Source of the DNA: Clostridia bacterium
Lineage (GTDB): Bacteria; Bacillota; Clostridia; Oscillospirales; Acutalibacteraceae
Direction of reading: 5' to 3'
Length of the DNA stretch: 64,000 nt
Assembly: GCA_030526115.1 (NCBI GenBank)
Contig: JAUNDK010000002.1
Coordinates: forward strand, 29,236-93,235
Shown here piece by piece: positions 39,298 to 49,685 of this stretch. Every line of letters starts with the position of its first letter. Position 1 is the first letter of the stretch. A program made the position numbers and the translations under genes. Under the pieces are notes generated by a model, which saw only the letters and a list, made by a program, of their open reading frames with translations, was not told the DNA's origin and made no database searches.

Positions 39298-42200
39298 TTA
39301 TATAAGATCATCGCTTCCGAAATCGTCGCCGCCGAAGAGGTCGTCCTCATCTGCTGCGCCTGCCATCTGGCTGAAGAAATCGGAACCGTCGTCACTGTCG
39401 AATGGATTTGAGAAGCTGTCGTCTTCTGCATCCTCAGGATTTTCCTCGGTGTAACCGTCGAGGTTATCGACTACTGTCTTCTCCTCGAAATCCGGAGCTG
39501 CGTTTGCGTAGCCCTCATCGTCATCCTCAAATGTCTGTCTGAGATCAATCTCGTTGTTCTCCTTGTCGAGAACCTTCATATCGAGACCGAGAGCCTGAAG
39601 TTCCTTGATGAGAACCTTGAAGGACTCAGGAATGCCAGGTGTAGGAATGTTCTGACCCTTAACGATAGCCTCGTAAGTCTTTACACGGCCTACAACGTCG
39701 TCGGACTTGACTGTGAGGATTTCCTGAAGTGTATAAGCAGCACCATAAGCCTCGAGTGCCCAAACTTCCATCTCACCGAATCTCTGACCGCCAAACTGAG
39801 CTTTACCACCCAGAGGCTGCTGAGTAACGAGAGAGTATGGACCTGTGGAACGGGCATGAATCTTATCGTCAACGAGGTGATGCAGCTTGAGGTAATACAT
39901 GAAACCTACTGTTACAGGGTTATCGAAGTACTCACCGCTTCTGCCGTCACGAAGCCAGAACTTACCGTCCTGTGTGAACGGAACACCACGGAGGAATGTT
40001 CTCTCGTCCTTAACTCTGTTAGCCTCTGCGAACCATGCACGGATGTCATCTTCGTGAGCGCCGTCGAATACAGGAGTCATAATCTTCCAGCCGAGTGCTG
40101 TTGCTGCCATACCGAGGTGAACCTCGAGAACCTGTCCGATGTTCATTCGGGAAGGAACGCCCAGTGGATTAAGAACGATATCGAGCGGAGTACCATCCTC
40201 GAGGAACGGCATGTCTTCTGATGGGAGGATTCTGGAAACAACACCCTTGTTACCGTGACGACCCGCCATCTTGTCACCGACGGAAATCTTTCTCTTCTGA
40301 GCAATGTAGCAGCGAACTACCTTTTTAACTCCAGGGCTAAGCTCCTTGGAGTTTTCGCTTGTGAATTCCTTAACCGCAACAACTGTGCCGTACTCACCGT
40401 GTGGAACACGAAGGGAAGTATCTCTTACTTCTCTTGCCTTCTCACCGAAGATTGCACGAAGGAGTCTCTCCTCGGCTGTGAGCTCTGTCTCTCCCTTTGG
40501 TGTAACCTTACCGACGAGAATGTCACCGGCTACAACCTCTGCACCGATGCGGATAATACCTCTCTCATCGAGATCACGGAGCATGTCTTCGCCCACGTTA
40601 GGAATATCTCTGGTAATATCTTCAGGTCCGAGCTTTGTGTCTCTGCACTCAATCTCGTACTCTTCAATGTGAATGGATGTGTAGATGTCGTCTCTTACAA
40701 GCTTTTCGTTGAGGAGAACAGCATCTTCGTAGTTGTAACCTTCCCAGGTCATAAAGCCGATGAGAGCGTTCTTACCGAGGGCAATCTCACCGTTCTTGAT
40801 AGCAGGACCGTCAACGATAACCTCGCCGGCCTCTACTCTGTCACCCTTGTTAACAATCGGAATCTGGTTAACGCAGGTGGACTGGTTGGATCTTAAGAAC
40901 TTGATGATGTCGTATTCATCCATACGTCCGTCGTCTGTCTTAATCTTAACCTTGTCAGCGGAAACATACTCTACAACACCGGCATGCTTTGCAAGAACGC
41001 AGACACCGGAGTCAACAGCAGCCTTGTACTCCATACCTGTTGCAACAACAGGAGACTGAGTCTTGAGGAGCGGAACAGCCTGCTTCTGCATGTTGGATCC
41101 CATGAGAGCTCGGTTTGCGTCATCGTTCTCAAGGAATGGAATCATAGCTGTTGCAACGGAAACAACCATCTTCGGAGAAACATCCATGTAATGGATTTTC
41201 TCAGGACCGACTTCGATAAACTCATCCTTATAACGGCAGACAACACGGGCATTGACGAACTTGCCGTTCTCATCAACAGGCTCGTTTGCCTGAGCTACGA
41301 TGAACTCATCCTCAGCATCGGCTGTCATGTACTCAACCTCGTCTGTTACGCAGTGAGTTACAGGGTCAACCTTTCTGAAAGGTGTCTCGATGAAGCCGTA
41401 GTGGTTGATTCTTGCGAATGTAGCAAGGTAGGAGATAAGTCCGATGTTAGGACCTTCAGGAGATTCGATAGGACACATACGGCCGTAGTGTGTGTAGTGA
41501 ACATCTCGAACTTCGAAGGAAGCACGGTCTCTGGAAAGACCGCCGGGACCGAGGGCGGAAAGACGTCTCTTGTGTGTGAGCTCGGAAAGCGGGTTGTTCT
41601 GATCCATGAACTGTGAAAGTGGGGAGGATCCGAAGAACTCCTTGATAGCTGCAACAACAGGACGGATATTGATAAGTGTGTGTGGTGAAAGCTGCTCGGA
41701 ATCCTGAGCCTGAAGAGTCATTCTCTCACGGATAACTCTCTCGAGTCTGGAGAAGCCGATTCTTACCTGGTTCTGGAGAAGCTCACCGACACATCTTGTT
41801 CTTCTGTTACCGAGGTGGTCGATATCATCGGTTGTGCCGAGACCCTCATAGAGGTTGAGCATGTAGGAAATTGTGGAGAAGATATCCTCAATTGTGATGT
41901 GATCCGGAATGAGGTCCTTCTTGCGGAGTCTGAGCTGGTTCTTGAGAGCGTGCTCATCGTCACCGCACTCATCGAGAATCTCACGCAGAGCAGCATAGGA
42001 AACTCTCTCGTTGATGCCCATCTTCTCGAGCTCCTCAACTTCAAAAGGTACATACTTTGTGATATCTACCATGCCGTTGGAGAGAATCTTTCTCTTCTTC
42101 TCGCCAACCCATACGAAAGCCTCTGTTACACCGAGGTTATCGAGCTCTGCAGCTCTCTCTCTTGTAATGCGGGAATTAGCCTCCTCGAGGATTTCGCCTG

Positions 42201-43128
42201 TGTATTTATCAATGATAGGCTCAGCGAGAGTCTGACCTGTAAGTCTGCCCTCAAGGTTGAGCTTCTTGTTGTACTTGTAACGACCTACTCTTGAGATGTC
42301 GTATCTTCTGGAATCGAAGAAGAGACCCTCAATGTGGGACTTTGCGCTTTCTACTGTCGGTGGCTCGGATGGACGAAGCTTCTTGTAAACCTCGAAAAGA
42401 CCACCCTCGTAGTTCTTTGTTGTATCTTTTGCGATGGTTGCCTCGAGCATGTCGCTCTCACCAAACATCTCTCTGATTTCCATATCGGATCCGAGACCTA
42501 AGGCACGGATAAACTGTGTGATAGGAAGCTTTCTGTTCTTATCGATTCTTACATAGTAAACATCGTTAACATCGTTCTCATACTCGAGCCATGCACCACG
42601 GTTAGGGATGACTGTTGCGGAGAAGAGCTCTTTACCGGTCTTGTCGTAATCCATCTTGTAGTAAACACCAGGGGAACGAACAAGCTGTGAAACGATAACA
42701 CGCTCAGCACCGTTGATAACGAAAGTACCGCTCTCTGTCATGAGAGGGAAATCACCCATGAATACCTCACTGGTCTGAACCTCGCCTGTCTCCTTGTTGA
42801 AGAGACGTGCTGTAACCCTGAGAGGCACACTGTAAGTAGCGTCACGCTCCTTACACTCTGTTACGCTGTAGTTCGGCTGATCATCGAGTCTGTAATCCAC
42901 GAAATCGAGGACGAGATTGCCGTTGAAATCTTCGATACCGGAAACATCCTCAAAAACCTCTTTAAGGCCCTCTTTGAGGAACCACTGGTAGGATTCTTTC
43001 TGGATCTCGATGAGATTAGGCATGTCGATGACTTCATCAATCTTGGAAAAGCTCAGTCTTTCGCCTCTGCCGAGGGGAACTCTTTTGACTGTGGTGCTTC
43101 CAACTTTGACTTTTTCATAATTTGCCAT
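39298..43128 (-). CDS. rpoB: DNA-directed RNA polymerase subunit beta
   Basis: The ORF is open to 43149. Met at 43128 (MANYEKV) is better placed relative to GGAG. Conserved RpoB blocks are present (GRHGNKGV, the rifampicin-cluster region SQLSQFMDQ-like), plus a C-terminal acidic tail of about 80 aa. Confidence 0.97.
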   Translation of the reverse strand: MANYEKVKVGSTTVKRVPLGRGERLSFSKIDEVIDMPNLIEIQKESYQWFLKEGLKEVFEDVSGIEDFNGNLVLDFVDYRLDDQPNYSVTECKERDATYSVPLRVTARLFNKETGEVQTSEVFMGDFPLMTESGTFVINGAERVIVSQLVRSPGVYYKMDYDKTGKELFSATVIPNRGAWLEYENDVNDVYYVRIDKNRKLPITQFIRALGLGSDMEIREMFGESDMLEATIAKDTTKNYEGGLFEVYKKLRPSEPPTVESAKSHIEGLFFDSRRYDISRVGRYKYNKKLNLEGRLTGQTLAEPIIDKYTGEILEEANSRITRERAAELDNLGVTEAFVWVGEKKRKILSNGMVDITKYVPFEVEELEKMGINERVSYAALREILDECGDDEHALKNQLRLRKKDLIPDHITIEDIFSTISYMLNLYEGLGTTDDIDHLGNRRTRCVGELLQNQVRIGFSRLERVIRERMTLQAQDSEQLSPHTLINIRPVVAAIKEFFGSSPLSQFMDQNNPLSELTHKRRLSALGPGGLSRDRASFEVRDVHYTHYGRMCPIESPEGPNIGLISYLATFARINHYGFIETPFRKVDPVTHCVTDEVEYMTADAEDEFIVAQANEPVDENGKFVNARVVCRYKDEFIEVGPEKIHYMDVSPKMVVSVATAMIPFLENDDANRALMGSNMQKQAVPLLKTQSPVVATGMEYKAAVDSGVCVLAKHAGVVEYVSADKVKIKTDDGRMDEYDIIKFLRSNQSTCVNQIPIVNKGDRVEAGEVIVDGPAIKNGEIALGKNALIGFMTWEGYNYEDAVLLNEKLVRDDIYTSIHIEEYEIECRDTKLGPEDITRDIPNVGEDMLRDLDERGIIRIGAEVVAGDILVGKVTPKGETELTAEERLLRAIFGEKAREVRDTSLRVPHGEYGTVVAVKEFTSENSKELSPGVKKVVRCYIAQKRKISVGDKMAGRHGNKGVVSRILPSEDMPFLEDGTPLDIVLNPLGVPSRMNIGQVLEVHLGMAATALGWKIMTPVFDGAHEDDIRAWFAEANRVKDERTFLRGVPFTQDGKFWLRDGRSGEYFDNPVTVGFMYYLKLHHLVDDKIHARSTGPYSLVTQQPLGGKAQFGGQRFGEMEVWALEAYGAAYTLQEILTVKSDDVVGRVKTYEAIVKGQNIPTPGIPESFKVLIKELQALGLDMKVLDKENNEIDLRQTFEDDDEGYANAAPDFEEKTVVDNLDGYTEENPEDAEDDSFSNPFDSDDGSDFFSQMAGAADEDDLFGGDDFGSDDLI

Positions 43129-43491
43129 TACATTGACCACTCCATTCATCAGAATTTTAATTTATATGGATCAACGCGACAACTTTTCTTCAAAATAACC
43201 ATAAGAACAGGTATCGCTGAACTAACATATTATCGCCGTTTCTGACGTTTGCAAAAATTTAACTTGCAATTTAAATTGCTTTGTGCTATTATCTTTACGA
43301 ACCTGAAAAAGGCATAATATCCATATTGATACAGTTTAATATTATAGTGATTTTGTGAAAGTTTGTCAAGCGTATTTTGTGCAGATTTTCACTTTTTTCA
43401 TACCTTTTTTGTGGAAAACACAGAACAGAAGTAGTATAATTTTCAAAGTGATTAAGCAATATTTCCATTCGGGAAAATTGAGGAGGATAAT

Positions 43492-44880
43492 ATGGCAAAA
43501 AATGCAAATAAAACCGAGCTGTTTGAGAGCATGCCGATACCAAAAGCGGTCATGAATCTCTCTATACCCATGGTGCTCTCTTCCCTTGTGATGGTTGTAT
43601 ATAACCTGACGGACACCTATTTTGTCGGAATGCTCAACGATCCGATTCAGACAGCGGCTGTAACTCTGGCGGCAACACTTCTTCTCGCCTTCAATGCGAT
43701 TAACAATCTTTTCGGTGTTGGCGGTTCCAGCATGATGAGCCGAGCCCTCGGCGCAAAGGATTTCGACAGAGTGAAAAGAAGCTGCAGTTTCTCTTTCTGG
43801 TGCTGTTTTGTGTTCTCCCTTGTGTATTCCGCTGTCTATATTGCAGCTGAAACTCCTCTGCTCACATTACTCGGTGCAACAGGTGAAACAATAGGTGCCA
43901 CCAAAGACTACTGTCTGTGGACCGTAAGCATAGGTGCTCTGCCTGCAATACTCCATGTTGTTATGGCTTACTTCATTCGTTCCGAAGGAAGCGCCACCCA
44001 TGCCAGCATAGGTACAATATCAGGCTGTGTTGTAAACATGATACTCGACCCGATATTCATTTTACCGTGGGGCCTTAACATGGGTGCCTCCGGTGCGGGA
44101 CTTGCCACTTTAATAGGCAATACATTCGCCACACTTTATTTCTTCGGCTTCCTGATTGCAAAGCGCGGCAAGACCTTTGTATGCATAGACCCAAGAAAGG
44201 CAGTTCCGAACAAAGATATTGTAAAGGGCGTTTTCGGTGTAGGTGTTCCCGCTTCCATTCAGAATCTTCTGAATGTTGTTGGCATGACCATACTCAACAA
44301 CTTTGCCGCAGGCTACGGACCTACCGTTGTTGCATCAATCGGTATCTCTTATAAAGTATATATGGTTCCCATGCAGATTACCCTCGGTGCCAGCCAGGGT
44401 GTTATGCCGCTCATCGGTTACAACTACGCCAGCGGCAACATAGCAAGAATGAAAAAGGCTCTGTTCTTTACCTATAAAGTTTGCCTTTCCTTCCTTGTAG
44501 TGTTTGCTGTGGGAATGTTCGCGCTCTCCCCCAAGCTCATCGCTTTATTCATGAAAGATTCGGAGGTTATCCGCCTCGGCGGTTTCTATTTAAAAGGTTA
44601 TGCTCTCGGACTTGTTTTCCTGTGCATAGACTTCCTCGGTGTGGGATGCTGTCAGGCAATAGGCAAAGGTGGACTCACTCTGCTGTTTGCCGTACTCCGT
44701 AAGATAGTGCTGGAGATTCCTTTCCTCTTTATCCTCAACCACTTCTTCCACGAAAAGGCTTTGAGCTTTGCTCAGGGCTCTGCGGAGTTCATACTCGCAA
44801 TAGCCTCTCTGATTATCCTTATCAGACTTATCAGAAGCCTTGAGAAAAACCATACTCCCAATTTAAAATCCGACGAATAA
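43492..44880 (+). CDS. MATE family efflux transporter
   Basis: 462 aa with 12 TM segments. N-terminal P.AV..LS.PM motif typical of MATE. RBS GAGGAGGA. Confidence 0.88.
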   Translation: MAKNANKTELFESMPIPKAVMNLSIPMVLSSLVMVVYNLTDTYFVGMLNDPIQTAAVTLAATLLLAFNAINNLFGVGGSSMMSRALGAKDFDRVKRSCSFSFWCCFVFSLVYSAVYIAAETPLLTLLGATGETIGATKDYCLWTVSIGALPAILHVVMAYFIRSEGSATHASIGTISGCVVNMILDPIFILPWGLNMGASGAGLATLIGNTFATLYFFGFLIAKRGKTFVCIDPRKAVPNKDIVKGVFGVGVPASIQNLLNVVGMTILNNFAAGYGPTVVASIGISYKVYMVPMQITLGASQGVMPLIGYNYASGNIARMKKALFFTYKVCLSFLVVFAVGMFALSPKLIALFMKDSEVIRLGGFYLKGYALGLVFLCIDFLGVGCCQAIGKGGLTLLFAVLRKIVLEIPFLFILNHFFHEKALSFAQGSAEFILAIASLIILIRLIRSLEKNHTPNLKSDE

Positions 44881-44885
44881 AAATT

Positions 44886-44922
44886 ATCGGGATGCCGTTT
44901 CTTTGGCATCCCGATTTTTTTA
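44886..44922. terminator. Bidirectional terminator between MATE and pdxK
   Basis: 11-bp stem ATCGGGATGCC/GGCATCCCGAT with flanking A-run and T-run. Confidence 0.85.
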
Positions 44923-45789
44923 CATTGTTGATAAAGTTTTGAGTTCAGGCTCAAAGATAACACCCTCGAGAGGATTGAAACCGCTCTCCACAGTGTTGGA
45001 TATTGCCTTGCCTGTGAAGCTAACCGCTTTTTCGAGGCTCTCCTCTATGCTCTTTCCGCTGAGTAACTGACCTAGCATAACTGAGGCGAACACATCGCCT
45101 GTACCCTGGAAAAATCCCGGGAAGCGCTTTGCAAAGGCTGTGAACATCTTTCCGTCTGTGCCCATTGCTGCCGCACCGATTTCTTCATCGTTATATCTTA
45201 CGCCTGTGAGAACAGCACACTTTACACCGAGACCGAGTAAGCCCTTAAGCACACTCTCAACATATTCAGGTGTGTACGGACCCTCGTTATACTCTATGCC
45301 GAGTATTCTTGAGGCCTCTGTCATGTTAGGAGAAATAATATCCGCCTTCTCGCAGAGGGATTTCACACCGTCCGCCATTTCATTGGTGTAAGTTTTATAG
45401 AGAACACCGTTATCTCCCATTACGGGATCGACAAAAACAATCTTGTCCTTTCTGTTCTCCTCTGTGAACATATCGATTATATCAGAGACAATCTGAATCT
45501 GCTCAAGACTGCCTAAAAAACCTGTGTAAACCGCATCAACCTTAAGGTTTAATTTCTCCCATGTCTTTGCTATTGGCATCATATGCTCGGTTAAATCGTG
45601 GGCATAATACTCAGGAAAAGCTGTGTGGTTGGAGAAAACAGCTGTGGGAACGGATGCTGTCTGAACACAGCAGGCGTTCATGATGGGAATTACCACCGCA
45701 AGGGAGCATTTTCCGTAACCTGAGAAATCATGGATTGCGGCACATTTTTTTATTCTGTATTTGTTTTCACTTAAATTTACTAAAGCCAA
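44920..45789 (-). CDS. pdxK: Pyridoxal/pyridoxamine kinase (ribokinase superfamily)
   Basis: 289 aa. IHDFSGYGKCSL, DPVMGD and GTGDVFAS motifs. Confidence 0.85.
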   Translation of the reverse strand: MALVNLSENKYRIKKCAAIHDFSGYGKCSLAVVIPIMNACCVQTASVPTAVFSNHTAFPEYYAHDLTEHMMPIAKTWEKLNLKVDAVYTGFLGSLEQIQIVSDIIDMFTEENRKDKIVFVDPVMGDNGVLYKTYTNEMADGVKSLCEKADIISPNMTEASRILGIEYNEGPYTPEYVESVLKGLLGLGVKCAVLTGVRYNDEEIGAAAMGTDGKMFTAFAKRFPGFFQGTGDVFASVMLGQLLSGKSIEESLEKAVSFTGKAISNTVESGFNPLEGVIFEPELKTLSTM

Positions 45790-45808
45790 TTTTTATTCTT
45801 CTTTCTTT

Positions 45809-46525
45809 TTATTTTACAAGCTCTGCTATGTAATTCATGAGGTCATCGAAACTTCCCTGAGGGTAAGAGCTTAAATCTCTGCCGTTCTTATTAAGCAGAC
45901 AGTCTGTGACGAGAAATACCTTCATGCCGATTTTCTCCGCCGCCGTATCCTCATCGGCATCGTTGCCTACCATGAGGCACTCCTCCGGTTTTACGCCGAG
46001 CCTGTCACAAACCTCCTGATAATAAGCAGGGTTAGGCTTGCAGAAGTGGGAATTCTCGTAAGTGGTAAAAAGCTCAAAATCATCGGTGGTTAAACCTGCC
46101 CATGAAATTCTCTGCCCGGTTGCACTTGAAGGGAAAATCGGGTTTGTGGCAAGGGCTACTCTGAAGCCCTTGGACTTTATGAAATCCACAGCTTCTTTTG
46201 CCTTAGGGTTAAAAGAACAGCTGTCCTTTGCCTTTACAAAATACTTCTCGTAAAATTCATCGAAAAGCGGCATATCTTTCTTTGCCTTCTCTCCGTATAT
46301 GGAGCAGAACTTATCCCAGAAGGCATCGTAATTTGTGCAGGTACCGTCATTCATAACCATGGCTTTGGTGCCTGACCATATGGCTCCGATTACATCATCG
46401 GGAACATATCCGTGGGGTGCAAGATGCTTTGCCATTGCACCGAAATACATTTTTACAAATAAATCATAATCCATAGGAAGCAGAGTTCCGTCAAGATCGA
46501 AAAGAACTGTTTTAATATCTCTCAT
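45809..46525 (-). CDS. HAD-superfamily hydrolase
   Basis: 238 aa. Motif I FDLDGTL and motif IV GNDADED. Confidence 0.85.
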   Translation of the reverse strand: MRDIKTVLFDLDGTLLPMDYDLFVKMYFGAMAKHLAPHGYVPDDVIGAIWSGTKAMVMNDGTCTNYDAFWDKFCSIYGEKAKKDMPLFDEFYEKYFVKAKDSCSFNPKAKEAVDFIKSKGFRVALATNPIFPSSATGQRISWAGLTTDDFELFTTYENSHFCKPNPAYYQEVCDRLGVKPEECLMVGNDADEDTAAEKIGMKVFLVTDCLLNKNGRDLSSYPQGSFDDLMNYIAELVK

Positions 46526-46558
46526 TATAAAATTCTCTCTTTCTTTTTATAAAATAAA

Positions 46559-47485
46559 TCAGAGCTGATAAAGCATTACCATTATCGGCATGGTAACAAG
46601 ACACAATAAGGTTGTGACAACATTAATCGCACTGGCATATTTTTCATCATTCCCGAAAATCTGTGCCATCTGGGTTACCGTGGATGCCGCCGGAGTCATA
46701 CAGGCAAGGAAGGTGACAAGCAGTATGTTTTTGCCGTTATGAACAAGGGTCCATATCGGGAAAACCTTCAACAGTCCGAGAATAATAAGCGGAAAAACCA
46801 GGAGTCTGAAGAAAGTTACCAGCCACACTCTGCGATAGGTGAAAACCTGCTTAAGGTTCATGCCACCTATGAGCATACCTATGACAAACATTGCGGATGG
46901 ACCTATCATGGCACTTACGGAGCTTAAAGTATCCTGCACAAGGGACGGGAACTTAAACTGGGTGAGAAACAGTATTACACCTATGACTATACATATTAAA
47001 TTTACATTGGTTACAATCTTTTTCCAGTCAAATCCGCTTTCGCCGCTCATGGATGACTTGAGGTGAGTCCACATGAAGAAAAGCTGAACCGCCATGAACG
47101 CAACCGAGTAAATTACCATGTGCTCACCAAGCACACTTGTTACCAGCGGAATAATCAGATTTCCGGCATTCGTGTACATTATGGAACATTTTTCCACCAC
47201 ATCCATTCTGAAAATCTGTCCGAGCAGGTTTGTCAGGAACAGCCACAGAAAATGTATTACCAGCGCAGCGGCCGCCGCTATGCCAAGGCCCTTGAGAACC
47301 GTAGGTGTGTAATCCACCTGAAAAGAATTGAGTATGGTGCAGGGAACAACAACATACAGCATGAGCACCGAGAGAGTTCTGGAATCCTCGGTTTTCAGGA
47401 AACCGAGCTTAACAACGAGAACACCCAGCATCATAATGATAAAAAGGGATACTATCTTTTTTATGAGAAGCAGAGTTATGGTCAT
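46559..47485 (-). CDS. AEC (auxin efflux carrier) family permease, paralog 1
   Basis: 308 aa with about 10 TM segments. Collinear with the paralog at 62397..63323. Confidence 0.85.
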   Translation of the reverse strand: MTITLLLIKKIVSLFIIMMLGVLVVKLGFLKTEDSRTLSVLMLYVVVPCTILNSFQVDYTPTVLKGLGIAAAAALVIHFLWLFLTNLLGQIFRMDVVEKCSIMYTNAGNLIIPLVTSVLGEHMVIYSVAFMAVQLFFMWTHLKSSMSGESGFDWKKIVTNVNLICIVIGVILFLTQFKFPSLVQDTLSSVSAMIGPSAMFVIGMLIGGMNLKQVFTYRRVWLVTFFRLLVFPLIILGLLKVFPIWTLVHNGKNILLVTFLACMTPAASTVTQMAQIFGNDEKYASAINVVTTLLCLVTMPIMVMLYQL

Positions 47486-47808
47486 GCTGTTACCTCCCCG
47501 GGAAGATAATGAGACACAGCTAAAATTCGACCGCTGTCTCTCTCACACAGTACATACTCACATATATATGAACACACGCATGAATTCTCATCGGATTTTT
47601 CACGCACGGTAAGATAATATTTCTTCTCATCGGAATAGAAAGCCGAGTTTGCCTCTTCGAGAGTATCGAAGCTCTCGAGAAGATCTATGTCTTCCTCATC
47701 GGCATATTCAAGGGCATAACCCTCATAAATAACTTCGCTTTCATCCAGATCTGTGAGAGTGAAACTGATAATCTCAAAAGCTCCGCCCTCTCCTTTATAT
47801 GAAGCCAA
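47482..47808 (-). CDS. Small acidic hypothetical protein, translationally coupled to the AEC permease
   Basis: ORF open to 47841. Likely TTG start at 47808, 7 nt after GGAGGTG (about 108 aa). Its stop overlaps the AEC ATG (ATGA). Confidence 0.55.
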   Translation of the reverse strand: MASYKGEGGAFEIISFTLTDLDESEVIYEGYALEYADEEDIDLLESFDTLEEANSAFYSDEKKYYLTVREKSDENSCVCSYICEYVLCERDSGRILAVSHYLPGEVTA

Positions 47809-48056
47809 ATATGCACACCTCCAAACAAATCTAAGTAGCATTATATCACCACACTAATCAAAAGTACAAGAGTAAAAAAGGTACAGGTTTCCCTGATTTT
47901 TTCAGAGTATATTCGGAAATAAACCATAAAAACATATATCACTTATTTTCCACATTTACACCATGAGTTACCCGGGAAAACCAAATACGGTTGAAATTTT
48001 ATTTAATTTTGCTATAATCAAAATAATTATTAATTTCCATATATAAGGAGACAGGT

Positions 48057-48461
48057 ATGAAATACGAAAAATCCTGCGGTGCCGTGGTATATAAATTCGA
48101 GAGCGAAAACAGGCTGTATTTAATAGAACACATGGCACTGGGACATATCTCACTGCCAAAAGGTCATGTGGAAGACGGTGAAACAGAGGCGGAAACAGCC
48201 CTGAGAGAGATAAGGGAAGAAACAAACCTTGAGGCTGAACTTGATACAAACTTCAGAAAAACAATAACTTACTCACCATTTGAGGGAATAACAAAGGATG
48301 TCGTATTCTTTACAGCGAAGGCAAAGGAAGGCGCACTCATAAATCAGGAGAGCGAAGTTTCGGGTCTTGAATGGCTCAGCTTTGAAGATGCCATGAATAT
48401 TCTCACCTACGATACAGATAAGGAGGTACTCACCGCCGCTCATGAGTACCTGAACGGGTAA
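48057..48461 (+). CDS. NUDIX hydrolase
   Basis: 134 aa. Nudix box GHVEDGETEAETALREIREETN. RBS AAGGAGA. Confidence 0.88.
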   Translation: MKYEKSCGAVVYKFESENRLYLIEHMALGHISLPKGHVEDGETEAETALREIREETNLEAELDTNFRKTITYSPFEGITKDVVFFTAKAKEGALINQESEVSGLEWLSFEDAMNILTYDTDKEVLTAAHEYLNG

Positions 48462-48558
48462 GGCCTATGCTATCGGTTATACTCGATGCAACTCATTTTC
48501 TTCTTATGACGAGTTTCACGGTGGCAATCACCCTGAGCCCTTAATCTGTTATTCATAT

Positions 48559-48610
48559 AAAAACAAAGGGCTGTTCCCACGGTAAATACCTCTGGGGACA
48601 GCTCATTTTT
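48559..48610. terminator. Bidirectional terminator between convergent genes
   Basis: 12-bp stem GGGCTGTTCCCA/TGGGGACAGCTC (one mismatch, one G-U), flanked by an A-run and a T-run. Confidence 0.75.
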
Positions 48611-49578
48611 CAGTCTTCTTTAAATGTTTCGATGAGGCTAAGCATCATGATTATTATCGCCATCTCGAGTAAGATAATGCGGCACAGAAAATCACCGTAT
48701 TTCTCTGACGCTGCCATATTGTGCTTTATTTCTTCGTCTTCGAGAACCAGCATTGCAGCGTACATCATGCGGTGTTCCTCCGAAATATTTTCCGTTGCAG
48801 ATTTAATGTAATCATCCGCATTCTTTATTCTTTCAGCCGCTTCTTCCGCACTCAGTTCTGTAATGGTAAGCGCTCCCAGCACAGCGAGTTCATGGTCTCT
48901 GCCATAATCTTTATTTCTTATTCTGAGTTCTTCGCTCAGTTTCATGAGCTTATCACACTTTTCCTCGCAGTCATTACCACTGAGTGCAAGTACATGGCTT
49001 AAGCTCTGCACCGCATTATTATTGCTTATTCTGTGGCGAAGAATCTCATAGCACTCCTCTGTCTCGAGACCTATGCAGTCTATGTCTGCCTTGGAGGCCG
49101 CAAGCAATGCCGCAAAGGGCATATCCTCATCTTTTGTGAGAAGAGGATGCTCTTTTTTCATTCTTCCGAATATATCGAGAGTATCTTCAACTTCATCCTC
49201 TGCTGTCATACAGCCTGTGTGATCCATAAGCACCATGGCTGAAATAATCTTATACACCGAGGCCCCCGATCTGTTGCCGCTCAGCATATCGCAGAGTATT
49301 TTCACTCCGTCAAGATATGCCTTCGGGTCGGCACTCATTGCCATTCTTGCCGCCAGGGGATGACGGATATGCCCTCTGTAACCGGAAAAAGTTCCGGTTT
49401 CCTCTTTTATCAGTTTTTCACAGTCTCTCAGTTTTTCCGCATCTGCGGTTTTACCTGCCAGAGTGTACAGTGTGCTTACCAGGAGATACATCTCCTGGCT
49501 GTCCCATCTGAAGCTTTCTTTCAGTATATTTCTGTTTTCTGTAAATTTCTCACATCGTGACTGAAGTGACAGTTCCAT
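48610..49578 (-). CDS. Hypothetical protein (possibly DUF4003-like), C-terminal TM helix
   Basis: Start moved to MELSLQS (49578) behind GGAGAAAAGG. About 322 aa. The family assignment is from memory only. Confidence 0.6.
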   Translation of the reverse strand: MELSLQSRCEKFTENRNILKESFRWDSQEMYLLVSTLYTLAGKTADAEKLRDCEKLIKEETGTFSGYRGHIRHPLAARMAMSADPKAYLDGVKILCDMLSGNRSGASVYKIISAMVLMDHTGCMTAEDEVEDTLDIFGRMKKEHPLLTKDEDMPFAALLAASKADIDCIGLETEECYEILRHRISNNNAVQSLSHVLALSGNDCEEKCDKLMKLSEELRIRNKDYGRDHELAVLGALTITELSAEEAAERIKNADDYIKSATENISEEHRMMYAAMLVLEDEEIKHNMAASEKYGDFLCRIILLEMAIIIMMLSLIETFKED

Positions 49579-49639
49579 ACCTTTTCTCCTTTTCCGAGAA
49601 TATATTCCGATTATACCACAAATAATATAAATAACCATA

Positions 49640-49679
49640 CAAAAAAGCGGTTCCGATGCATCTCTGCACAGAACCGCTT
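49640..49679 (-). terminator. Rho-independent terminator ending the Mrp-like operon
   Basis: Stem AAGCGGTTC/GAACCGCTT followed by TTTTTTG on the minus strand. Confidence 0.85.
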
Positions 49680-49685
49680 GAATTT

